64,000 nt of DNA from Candidatus Levyibacteriota bacterium. GTDB taxonomy: Bacteria > Patescibacteriota > Microgenomatia > Levybacterales > UBA12049. Positions within the stretch are counted from its first letter, which is position 1; each line of letters starts with the position of its first letter. The notes beneath the pieces are model-generated. The model did no database searches, was not told the origin of the DNA, and was given only the letters and a program-made list of their open reading frames with translations. Both the position numbers and the translations under genes were made by a program. The DNA lies in the NCBI GenBank assembly GCA_963722305.1, contig CAVRKE010000001.1, positions 501,549-565,548 of the forward strand. Direction: 5' to 3'. This document shows positions 1 to 8,191 of the stretch, one piece after another.

Positions 1-1
1 C

Positions 2-331
2 ATTCGGGTAATTGCTGCCAACGCCGACCTTTACGAATCAATCATTAGTACTTTCCAACAGGTAGGCTTTTCGATCCAGTCGCTCTCTCCGGTTACGCTT
101 TACGGCGACGACATCCAGATTGAAAGACTAACCAGCGAGTCGGAAAAAATATTTTCCGGAAAAAATGACTCTTTAAGAAAATACAGCCTGGTGAGTGACA
201 CCGGTAATTTTGTCGCGGCAAAAGAAGAAGAAGTAGTCAAGCAAAAAAATAACATGATGATTATTGCCTCGGTTATAATGTTTGTCATTGCGGGGTTTTT
301 GCTGGTTTTCGCCTTATTTTTCCTCAAATAA
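2..331 (+). CDS. C-terminal fragment of a membrane-anchored protein (5' end outside window); possibly pilus-assembly related
   Basis: Frame open from the window edge to TAA at 329-331. It ends in a hydrophobic helix, MMIIASVIMFVIAGFLLVFALFFLK. The antisense track ORF 100..327 is probably the artefact. Confidence 0.45.
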   Translation: MRVIAANADLYESIISTFQQVGFSIQSLSPVTLYGDDIQIERLTSESEKIFSGKNDSLRKYSLVSDTGNFVAAKEEEVVKQKNNMMIIASVIMFVIAGFLLVFALFFLK

Positions 332-670
332 AATTAAACCTTTAGTAATTTTAGCTTCATTTTGGGGTAATCCCACCCTGTTGGTACAAAATCGTTAGAA
401 TATGATTATGTACCATTTAAAACAAGTACCTACGGATGCCCAGATTAAAAAGTTTCTCAGAAGAACTGTTTTTGGTAGAAATATCTTCTGTCCAAAGTGC
501 AAATCCTGGAATATTGTTCGCTTTGAAAAAAGATACAGATGTAGACAATGTCAGATTAAGTTCTCGCTGTTTTCCCATACCTGGCTTTGCAATGTGAAGA
601 TTCCTTTGCAGAGATTTATAATGGACCCCATAATCTGCACAGTCACCTTAGACTAAGATAGAATAGTTCT

Positions 671-967
671 ATGGATCAAAAAATACGCAGAATTCATCCA
701 CCGGCATTTAAAGCCAGAGTTGCTCTGGAGGCAATTAAGGAACAAAAAACAATTGCGGAGCTGTCAAGTATGTACGGTGTACATTCAACCCAAATAACGA
801 AATGGAAACGCCGGGCGTTGGAGATTCTCTCGCAAGGGTTTTCAGAACATCTTATTCAACGGAAACGGGATGACCGTGAGCTGGTACAGGAATTGTATCG
901 GCAAATAGGAAGATTAAAAGTCGAAGTAGACTTTCTTAAAAAAAAGATGGGCATCTTCGACGAGTAG
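671..967 (+). CDS. IS3-family transposase OrfA (HTH)
   Basis: 98 aa. The HTH-like segment KTIAELSSMYGVHSTQITKWKRRA is followed by a leucine-zipper-like tail. An A8 run lies at 938-945 near the 3' end. Confidence 0.85.
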   Translation: MDQKIRRIHPPAFKARVALEAIKEQKTIAELSSMYGVHSTQITKWKRRALEILSQGFSEHLIQRKRDDRELVQELYRQIGRLKVEVDFLKKKMGIFDE

Positions 968-1070
968 GGATATCCTTACTCCCGGAGAAATTGCTCTGCA
1001 CATTAACAAAACAGAAAGCGTATTACCAAAGAGTATACGGGCTGATCTTCTGGATATTTCCAGATCAAGT

Positions 1071-1808
1071 TTGTACTATCAGCCAAGACCGGTTAAACCC
1101 GAGGCACTCATTTTAATGAACAGAATTGATGAGGTATATACTGCCCACCCTTTTTATGGTTCAAGACGTATGGCAAAAGAGGTTGGTGTTAACAGAAAAC
1201 AGGCACAACGCCTGATGCGTGAAATGGGCTATGAGGCATTGTATCCGAAGCCTAATTTGAGTAAACCCGATAAACAACACATGTTCTATCCGTATTTACT
1301 CAAAGGAGTAGTTGCAGGATATCCAAATCATATCTGGGGCACAGATATTACGTATATTCGGATGAAACATGGGTTTGTATATTTAACTGCCTTTCTTGAT
1401 TGGTTTACCAGATTTGTTGTTTCCTGGAAGCTCTCAATTACCCTTGAAACAGACTTTTGTTTTGATGCTGCAACTGAAGCAATTGAGAAATTCGGAAGAC
1501 CAACCATTATTAATGAAGATCAGGGATCACAAAATACCGATCATCTGATGACAGATCTCTGGGAAAATCACAATGTCAAAATCAGCATGGACTCACGGGG
1601 ACGGGCACTGGACAATATCTTCACCGAGAGGTTATGGAGGAGTGTTAAATATGAAGAGGTATACTTAAAAGAATACGCTACTGTTTTGGAAGCAAAAGAA
1701 AACATTGAAAACTATTTTTACTTTTACAATTATGAAAGAAAACACCAATCGCTTAATTACAGAACACCGGCTGAAATATATTTTGGAAAGGAGGAAAACT
1801 TAGTCTAA
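1071..1808 (+). CDS. IS3-family transposase OrfB (DDE integrase core)
   Basis: rve-type motifs: WGTDITYI (D), NEDQGSQ (D), FTERLWRSVKYE (E). The frame is already open from 930 (..LDISRSSLYYQPRP), so the TTG at 1071 is probably not the real start. OrfB is probably expressed as an OrfAB fusion. Confidence 0.85.
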   Translation: MYYQPRPVKPEALILMNRIDEVYTAHPFYGSRRMAKEVGVNRKQAQRLMREMGYEALYPKPNLSKPDKQHMFYPYLLKGVVAGYPNHIWGTDITYIRMKHGFVYLTAFLDWFTRFVVSWKLSITLETDFCFDAATEAIEKFGRPTIINEDQGSQNTDHLMTDLWENHNVKISMDSRGRALDNIFTERLWRSVKYEEVYLKEYATVLEAKENIENYFYFYNYERKHQSLNYRTPAEIYFGKEENLV

Positions 1809-2503
1809 GTTTAGCCGTTTTACTGTGTTGACAATGGGGTCCACCTTAATTTTGGTTAATTCTCTGGTGCTGGACAAAACAAATGCCGGTTAAACAGACT
1901 GAAGATCTAACTTCTTTGTCTGAGAAGGGAGTCAGACATTACTTTGACTTGTTCAGAGAACAATTACCAAGAGATCAGAGGCTTCTAGAGCATATTGTCC
2001 AGCTTGATGAGGCCTACTTTGGCAGATTTGGTAATACCGCACTTCTCATGGGAAAGGAGAGAGGAACCAGAAAGCTTGCTTATCAAATCCTCTCCTCTGA
2101 TGCCCCAGCGAAGAAAGATGCAATTGATTTTGTTAGAACTTACGTTAAACCAGAGTCTCAACTAAATACAGATGGCTCTACTATTTACAAAAATATTGAT
2201 AAGTATTATCCTCTATTCCATATGACAGACATTCACAAGAAATTTGAGTTTACCAACACCTCTGAAATTGAAGGAATGTTTGGCGTTTTAAGGACTTTTA
2301 TCCGGAGGATGTACCACCATGTCAGTGAAGAAAAGCTTGAAGAATATGTCTGTGAATTTTACTGCAGATTTTCCAGACCGGAAATGTTTAAATCTCCTTA
2401 CCATTACTTGCAAAACACGCTACATGCTTTACCAACAGGGTAGGAGAACCCTCATTTTGCTTCTTGACAAGGCATATCTATTATGTCAATAATTAATTAA
2501 TAC

Positions 2504-2953
2504 ATGAAATCTGCTGCCCAACAAAAAGGTTTTACATTAATCGAACTCCTCGTCGTCATCGGAATCCTTGCAATCCTCTTTTCAATTGTTTTAATTGCTA
2601 TCAATCCAGCCAGGCAATTTAACCAAGCTAATGACACAAAAAGAAGAAGCGATACGCTGCAGATTTTGAACTCAATTCATCAGTATGCAGCTGAGCACTC
2701 CGGAAATCTTCCGGCACCGTTAGCAACACCATATACAGCCGCCGATGTGGCTAATACAGGCGCCGACCTCTGCGCACTGATAATGCCAACTTATATTTCG
2801 GCTCTTCCGCAAGATCCGGCTAATAACAATGGTGTACCAATCACATCCTGCACAACCTACGACACAGGCTATCAAGTAGCAGTTGATGCTCAAGGAAGAG
2901 TTACAGTTAGCGCACCGGATGCTAAACTAGGCACAGTGTCGGTAACCAGATAA
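2504..2953 (+). CDS. Type IV pilin / pseudopilin (prepilin N-terminal cleavage-methylation domain)
   Basis: The sequence QQKG|FTLIELLVVIGILAIL shows the class III signal (G-1, F+1, E+5). Confidence 0.85.
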   Translation: MKSAAQQKGFTLIELLVVIGILAILFSIVLIAINPARQFNQANDTKRRSDTLQILNSIHQYAAEHSGNLPAPLATPYTAADVANTGADLCALIMPTYISALPQDPANNNGVPITSCTTYDTGYQVAVDAQGRVTVSAPDAKLGTVSVTR

Positions 2954-2954
2954 T

Positions 2955-3401
2955 ATGAAAAGTCAAAAAGGTTTTACATTAATCGAACTCCTCGTCGTCA
3001 TCGGAATACTTGCAATCCTCTTTTCAATTGTTTTAATTGCTATCAATCCAGCCAGGCAATTTAACCAAGCTAATGACACAAAAAGAAGAAGCGATACGCT
3101 GCAGATTTTGAACTCAATTCATCAGTATGCGGCTGAGCATTCCGGAAATCTACCAACAGGTTTAACAGCCGGGATGGCCGCAGTCGATGTTTCTGATACA
3201 ACCGGAGATGCTAATATCTGTGCGCAGATAATGCCAACTTACATTTCGGCTCTTCCGCAAGATCCGCAAAACAACAGTGGAGCACCAATCACAACCTGCA
3301 CCGGCTATGACACCGGCTATCAGGTTTCAGTAGATACACAGGGAAGAGTTACAGTTAGCGCACCGGATGCTAAACTAGGCACAGTGTCGGTAACCAGATA
3401 A
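2955..3401 (+). CDS. Type IV pilin / pseudopilin, tandem paralog
   Basis: SQKG|FTLIELLVVIGILAIL. The N-terminal ~65 aa and C-terminal ~20 aa are near-identical to 2504..2953, while the centre has diverged. Confidence 0.85.
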   Translation: MKSQKGFTLIELLVVIGILAILFSIVLIAINPARQFNQANDTKRRSDTLQILNSIHQYAAEHSGNLPTGLTAGMAAVDVSDTTGDANICAQIMPTYISALPQDPQNNSGAPITTCTGYDTGYQVSVDTQGRVTVSAPDAKLGTVSVTR

Positions 3402-3422
3402 ATTCACGATAAATATTGAATG

Positions 3423-3445
3423 AACCCCTGCAAAGGGGTTTTTTA
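3423..3445 (+). terminator. Rho-independent terminator after the pilin pair
   Basis: Stem AACCCCT, loop GCAA, stem AGGGGTT, followed by TTTTT. Confidence 0.7.
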
Positions 3446-3463
3446 TTGCCTACGTGTATTAGC

Positions 3464-3493
3464 TTGACATCTAATCTTCCCATTACTTATAAT
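3464..3493 (+). promoter_or_regulatory. Sigma70-type promoter (TTGACA-N18-TATAAT)
   Basis: TTGACA at 3464-3469 and TATAAT at 3488-3493. The ATG at 3504 lies 10 nt downstream of the -10 element. Confidence 0.5.
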
Positions 3494-3503
3494 CCGCTTT
3501 ATT

Positions 3504-4046
3504 ATGCCATCGATAGCAAGACGAGGACACAGAGTAGGGCCTGAACGAGGCGGAACAACAGATGTTGGTGGAGCACCCGCAACTGCTACGAAAGAAGCGG
3601 GTGGAACTATGGTTGTTCCGGACATTGAACATTCTATTTTTGGATCCACCCCGCAACAGTTTGCGGCAATGTTTGAGCAAGAATACAGCGAAATCTATTT
3701 TGAAGATATACCATTAACGCTTCGTTCTAAGGACGGCAGTAAAATAAAGCTTAAACCCGGAGTTTTTGTTACAACTACAGATTCTAAAGGAGAACCAATC
3801 CAACAATGTTTAATCGACCGGGGAATTATCATAAATATTCTTTTAATGGACGCTGTTCAACCAGACGGCACACAGATTGAAAGGAGTTTTCCTAATGTCG
3901 AGGGACGTAAAACATTATTAACACTTGCAGGGTTTTGTAGCGAAAAAGATCATATGCCTACTATTACTATCGGCAGTGCTGCTCATAACAGGCTGAAACA
4001 AGCTATACAGCAGTATCGCCAAGAAAGATCTGGTCAGCATCCATAA
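3504..4046 (+). CDS. Hypothetical protein (start uncertain; alternative ATG at 3609 preceded by GGTGGA)
   Basis: 180-aa ORF with no recognised motif. The first ~35 codons are GC-rich and could instead be a structured leader (stem CACCCGC...GCGGGTG overlaps an SD-like GGTGGA). Confidence 0.45.
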   Translation: MPSIARRGHRVGPERGGTTDVGGAPATATKEAGGTMVVPDIEHSIFGSTPQQFAAMFEQEYSEIYFEDIPLTLRSKDGSKIKLKPGVFVTTTDSKGEPIQQCLIDRGIIINILLMDAVQPDGTQIERSFPNVEGRKTLLTLAGFCSEKDHMPTITIGSAAHNRLKQAIQQYRQERSGQHP

Positions 4047-4060
4047 CATTTAAACATTAA

Positions 4061-5836
4061 TTACCTTCCAAACCAAGCATCTAGAATCTTTTTGGCGATC
4101 GGCGCGGCCACGTTACTGCCTTCTCCGCTGTTTTCCGAAAGGACCGTGATAACAATTTGCGGATTGTAAGCCGGCGCAAACAGCGTCACCCAGGCATGGG
4201 CTAAGGTATTTTCTCCACCGTTTTCCGCCGTGCCGGTTTTGCAGGCTAAAACCACCTGGCGCATATCGGCCGAGCCCGAAGAAGGGTCAACCCCTAGAAT
4301 ATTTTTCCCGTCGATGGGAAGCTTTGGATTCTTAACCATGTAATTAAACAAGGGCCAAGCCACACCCCCGGGACTGCAGGCTTCAACCATCCCCTCCTTA
4401 ATTAAATCCGCCGAATGGTTGTCTAAAAGATTGACGCTGAGAAGTTGGGAACCAAAATCCTTCATTAAGTGCGGCTTATACAAATTGCCGTTATTGGCAA
4501 TCGCCTGCGTCCAGGAATTAACCTGTAAAGGCGTGGTTAAGAGGTAACCCTGGCCAATTCCGTAGTGATAGGTATCCCCCAAGTACCATTGTTCGCCGAT
4601 ATTTTTGAGTTTCCATTCCGGCGTCGGCACTAATCCCGGTGCTTCTCCCGGCAAATCAATCCCCAAGTCTTCCCCCAACCCGAATTTCTTGGCCATTGCC
4701 GAAACTTTATCAACCCCCACTTTTTCCGCCAGTTGATAAAAGAAAATATCGTTGGAACGCTTGATGCCTTTGACAATGTTGACCATGCCGTCGGTTCCAC
4801 CGTAACCGGTGTAATACCAGTTGGAAAAAGAAAATGCACCGACCGTCAAAACGCCGGTATCTTCGATTTGCCAGTTTTCGTCAATGATTTTATCAGCCAG
4901 GCCCGCCGAAGCGACTATTAATTTAAAGGTTGAACCCGGTGGATAGACTCCTGAAATTGCCCGATTTAAAAGCGGCTGGTTTTGCGAATCGGAAAGAATA
5001 TCCGATAAGCTTAAATATGAACTGGCAGTCGAGATTTTATAATCCTGTCGCATCGTAAACAGGTTAGGGTCAAACGAAGGCTTGGAAACCATAGCCAGTA
5101 TTTCACCGTTAGGAGTTGAAACTATGGCCGCGCCCTTTTTGACGTCTTTCATGGCTGTAAAGACCGCCTCCTGAAGCTTTGCATCTAAAGTCAAAACGAT
5201 ATCTTGTCCGGCAACCGGGTCATTCTGGCCAAGCACCCTGACCAAATTGCCCCTCGCATCAACTTCGAAAAGCTCCTTCCCGTCGGTCCCTTTTAATAAA
5301 GACTCGTATTCCTGCTCGATTCCGGATTGTCCGACTAAATCTGATGGCGAGTATCCGGCGTATTGAGGATCCGACAGTTGCTCTTTGGAAATCTGGCCGA
5401 TATAGCCCAAAACGTGGGCGAAGGCTTCTTTGTACGGATAGCTTCTTAAAGAATCCACTTCCAAATTATTTTTGCCCGCAGCAATTGCCTGCAAAGCTTC
5501 ATCCTGATTTAAAATTACCGTTTTACCGTTAACAATTTCCCTTACTCCGGGCGCGTTAAAAACTAAAGGCGTACCGTTTCGGTCAAAAATTATTCCTCTT
5601 GGCGCATGGATGGTAACGGTTTTGGTGCGGTTACTGTCCGAAAGGTAGCGGTAATAATAACCTTCCAAGACCTGCAGAAAAAATAAGCGGAAAAAAAGAA
5701 TTGAAAATAACACCAGCAAAGCCAAAGGCAGCAAATAATTCCTGTTGGAATGCCCACCACCCTCGTAATCCCATTTTCTTCTTTTGTGGTCGCCCTTAGT
5801 AATATAATCGCCAAAAGCGATACCCGGTTTATTCAT
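4061..5836 (-). CDS. mrdA: Penicillin-binding protein 2 (elongation transpeptidase)
   Basis: N-terminal TM segment. Transpeptidase motifs STFK (PGSTFKL), SxN (RSNDIFF) and KTGT (CKTGTAE). It lies downstream of mreC-mreD. Confidence 0.85.
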   Translation of the reverse strand: MNKPGIAFGDYITKGDHKRRKWDYEGGGHSNRNYLLPLALLVLFSILFFRLFFLQVLEGYYYRYLSDSNRTKTVTIHAPRGIIFDRNGTPLVFNAPGVREIVNGKTVILNQDEALQAIAAGKNNLEVDSLRSYPYKEAFAHVLGYIGQISKEQLSDPQYAGYSPSDLVGQSGIEQEYESLLKGTDGKELFEVDARGNLVRVLGQNDPVAGQDIVLTLDAKLQEAVFTAMKDVKKGAAIVSTPNGEILAMVSKPSFDPNLFTMRQDYKISTASSYLSLSDILSDSQNQPLLNRAISGVYPPGSTFKLIVASAGLADKIIDENWQIEDTGVLTVGAFSFSNWYYTGYGGTDGMVNIVKGIKRSNDIFFYQLAEKVGVDKVSAMAKKFGLGEDLGIDLPGEAPGLVPTPEWKLKNIGEQWYLGDTYHYGIGQGYLLTTPLQVNSWTQAIANNGNLYKPHLMKDFGSQLLSVNLLDNHSADLIKEGMVEACSPGGVAWPLFNYMVKNPKLPIDGKNILGVDPSSGSADMRQVVLACKTGTAENGGENTLAHAWVTLFAPAYNPQIVITVLSENSGEGSNVAAPIAKKILDAWFGR

Positions 5837-5853
5837 AAATGTTGTTGTACTCC

Positions 5854-5954
5854 AATTTCTAATTTAAAATTTCTAATTTTTAATCAAGTCTAAATGTCTT
5901 AATTTTGAGCATTTTGGGCATTCATTGGAAATTAAGAATTAAAAATTGAAAATT
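5854..5954. repeat. AT-rich ~100-bp palindromic intergenic repeat, copy 1
   Basis: Reads AATTTCTAATTTAAAATTTCTAATTTTTAATCAAGTCTAAATG...CATTCATTGGAAATTAAGAATTAAAAATTGAAAATT. It is about 85% alignable by eye with 11541..11646. Confidence 0.7.
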
Positions 5955-6360
5955 ATCCTTTTATATTCGCTCTCTGAACCACCTTAAACATTATTAATCC
6001 GATTATTGAACTTACAACCGCTTGAACAATAATTAAGTCTGTATCCCCCACTAGGAAAAGATAAATAAAACTTCCTGCAAGTATAGTAAGGAAAACAAAA
6101 GTATTGGTTTCGATCTCAAATTTACTTTGGTAAAGCAGAACCAAGAATAAAGATAGCACAAAAAAGGCGCTGGATAAGCCAAGTGTCCGAAAGCCGACCA
6201 AGTCTAAAAGAATCCCGAAGATAAAGCCGAAACCAAACAGCCAATTTTCTTTTGACAGCACCAGCAAAACGAGTAACGCCAAAAAAACCAAGGGAAGAGT
6301 GGTCAGGCTTGCTTCTAGAATTAGGGCGATTGATAGTAAAATTAGCGCCAAAATCTTCAT
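5953..6360 (-). CDS. mreD: Rod shape-determining protein MreD
   Basis: 135-aa polytopic membrane protein overlapping the mreC stop (ATGA-type junction at 6360). The position is typical of mreD. Confidence 0.65.
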   Translation of the reverse strand: MKILALILLSIALILEASLTTLPLVFLALLVLLVLSKENWLFGFGFIFGILLDLVGFRTLGLSSAFFVLSLFLVLLYQSKFEIETNTFVFLTILAGSFIYLFLVGDTDLIIVQAVVSSIIGLIMFKVVQRANIKG

Positions 6361-7163
6361 TAGTAATTAACAATCACAAACACTTTGCTAAGCTTACTAA
6401 AATTAATTTTACTGTTCAGTTTTGCTTCCTGGAAAAGGTCGCTGGGGAACTTACTGACCGATTCTATTTGTCCGACCACCAGATCCGGAGGAACACCAAC
6501 CATAGTTTGACTGTCAAAATCACCTTTAGTTAAGACTAAGTCGCCTTTTTGTAAAGAATCTGACAAGACAACGTTATCTAAAAATAAACCGCCACCACCC
6601 TGGCCTTTTACCACTCCCAAAGCATCTGTTGAGGCCGTTTTAGCCGTAAAAGATGAGGAAAAATTGCTAATTAACATTACACTTGCTAGGGAGGAGGAGG
6701 TTTTAATAATCCTCCCAACCAAATTGTCCTGGTAAACAACCGCTTGTCCAACTTTGATTCCGTCATTTTCTCCTCTGTCCAGAACTAAAAATTCCGGAGC
6801 AGAAATTCCGGGGATGAATCCGGGAGCGCCGATGACGTTTGCTTCAATTAAAGTTGGACTTTTCGGATTTTCCGTTTGAAATTGGTCCCTTAAAGCCTTG
6901 TTATCTTCAATAAGCTTAGTCTGATTGACAATTTTTTCAGTTAAGGCAAAATTTTGGGCCTGCAAACTTTTTACTTCCGAGTTCGTAGCAAAACCGGTCA
7001 ATTTTGCATAAGCACTATAGCTTAGAGCCTGAAACGGCGCTAAAACTTCCTTGGTCAACGAGTCAACCGGCTTTAAAAGACCCATTTTTGAGATGAAAAT
7101 AATCACTAACGACAAAAACAGGAAGAGCAAAAAATAGGAAAGAAGATTGTTTTTTTGGTGCAT
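6360..7163 (-). CDS. mreC: Rod shape-determining protein MreC
   Basis: N-terminal TM segment, coiled-coil region, then beta-rich domains (..GQAVVYQDNLVGRIIKTS.., ..GDLVLTKG..). It lies upstream of mreD-mrdA. Confidence 0.75.
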   Translation of the reverse strand: MHQKNNLLSYFLLFLFLSLVIIFISKMGLLKPVDSLTKEVLAPFQALSYSAYAKLTGFATNSEVKSLQAQNFALTEKIVNQTKLIEDNKALRDQFQTENPKSPTLIEANVIGAPGFIPGISAPEFLVLDRGENDGIKVGQAVVYQDNLVGRIIKTSSSLASVMLISNFSSSFTAKTASTDALGVVKGQGGGGLFLDNVVLSDSLQKGDLVLTKGDFDSQTMVGVPPDLVVGQIESVSKFPSDLFQEAKLNSKINFSKLSKVFVIVNY

Positions 7164-7348
7164 GAAACCATTTTAGCCTTTTTGAAAAAAGAAGACAAGC
7201 TTTTGCATACTAGGTTGACTAGAATTATGCGAATAATTTTGATATCTATTTATGTTCATAATATGAGTAATACTTTATTTTTGATGGCTATGTTTATTTA
7301 CATTAATTGTCAAAATATGGGCTTTGACTCGCCTGCTATAATAGCGCT

Positions 7349-8191
7349 ATGGCAAAAAAATCTGTTACGGAGGTTTTAAAATATTTTCAGTTTTCCGATA
7401 AAAATAAAGTTCTAAAAAAACTGCAGACAATTATTGCCGGCGGAAAAAATAATTTGCATTTACTTTTTGATTTTGACCGGACCTTAACTGTTGGTAAAAA
7501 CAACACCGGTGAAGACTTTACTTCGTGGAATATCTTAACAAAACTTTTGCCTCCTAAGGCTTTTGCCAAACAGTACAAACTTTATCAAAAATATCGACCA
7601 ATAGAGGCATCGGGCAAATTAAGTGCCAAAGATGCAACAAGTTGGGCCAATCAGGTGTTGAAAATTATTGTTGAAAACCAGGTCAATTTGTTGGAAATGG
7701 AAAAAGACTTTTTGCAAAACACCAGCATTAGATCTCATGCTAAAAACATTTTTGATGCTTGTAATATTCTCGGAATTCCCATTGTAATTGTCTCGGCCGG
7801 AATAAAAAATGTTATTGATATTTGGTCAAAAATATTTCAGGTATCCCCTGCTTTAGTTTTAGCTGTCAAGCTAATCGCTGACACAAACGGAAAAATTATC
7901 GACTGGGACAAAAATATTATCCATGTAGGAAATAAAGGAGAACAAGGAAACGAGGAGTTGGATAAAATCAAAAATCAAAGACCGAACATTATTGCCGTTG
8001 GGGACGCCATTGAAGACGCGGATATGGTTAAGGACGATGAAAATGTCCTGCGGATAAGAATTAACGACCCAAGGATAGATGAGAAATTAAGTGAAGCAGA
8101 ACGTCTGAAGAAAACTTTTGCCAAGTTTGATTTAATGATTGACTCCGGCACTCTGGAGCCGGTTTTGAAGATTTTGGAATTATTGGAATAA
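7349..8191 (+). CDS. HAD-superfamily hydrolase, pyrimidine 5'-nucleotidase (UMPH-1/cN-III)-like
   Basis: HAD motif I FDFDRTLT, motif II VSAG, motif IV GDAIEDADM. The large cap between motifs I and II resembles the cN-III family. An extended -10 element TGcTATAAT at 7334-7342 lies 6 nt before the ATG. Confidence 0.6.
   Translation: MAKKSVTEVLKYFQFSDKNKVLKKLQTIIAGGKNNLHLLFDFDRTLTVGKNNTGEDFTSWNILTKLLPPKAFAKQYKLYQKYRPIEASGKLSAKDATSWANQVLKIIVENQVNLLEMEKDFLQNTSIRSHAKNIFDACNILGIPIVIVSAGIKNVIDIWSKIFQVSPALVLAVKLIADTNGKIIDWDKNIIHVGNKGEQGNEELDKIKNQRPNIIAVGDAIEDADMVKDDENVLRIRINDPRIDEKLSEAERLKKTFAKFDLMIDSGTLEPVLKILELLE

Larger units (their letters stand above)
617..1848 (+). mobile_element. IS3-family insertion sequence, copy 1 (1232 bp)
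   Basis: Ends TATAATGGACCCCAT... and ...ATGGGGTCCACCTTA form imperfect IRs. A 3-bp target duplication ATT lies at 614-616 and 1849-1851. Its two encoded proteins are identical to those of copy 2 at 21698..22929, which has the same length and ends. Confidence 0.9.
402..2443 (+). pseudogene. IS1595-family transposase gene disrupted by the IS3-family insertion
   Basis: Track ORFs 402..656 (N-terminal Zn-ribbon CPKC...CRQC) and 1883..2443 match the two ends of the intact 268-aa protein at 29423..30229. Removing 617..1851 rejoins them in frame (..QRF|WLILWCWTKQMPVKQ..). Confidence 0.9.
365..2451 (+). mobile_element. IS1595-family insertion sequence, copy A (852-bp element, split by a nested IS3-family element)
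   Basis: Imperfect terminal IRs: GGGTAATCCCACCCTGTTGGTA at 365-386, and the reverse complement of 2430-2451 reads GGGTTCTCCTACCCTGTTGGTA. An 8-bp direct repeat TCATTTTG lies at 357-364 and 2452-2459. The element is collinear with intact copy 29415..30266 once 617..1851 is removed. Confidence 0.85.

Noticed and set aside
100-327. The 75-aa minus-strand ORF at the window start
   Set aside because: The opposite strand is open from the window edge and ends in a clean TM helix plus a stop codon. The minus-strand peptide is low-complexity.
2504-3401. The pilin pair as a diversity-generating retroelement target (VR/TR pair)
   Set aside because: No reverse transcriptase gene lies nearby. The differences between the copies are not restricted to adenine positions and include indels.
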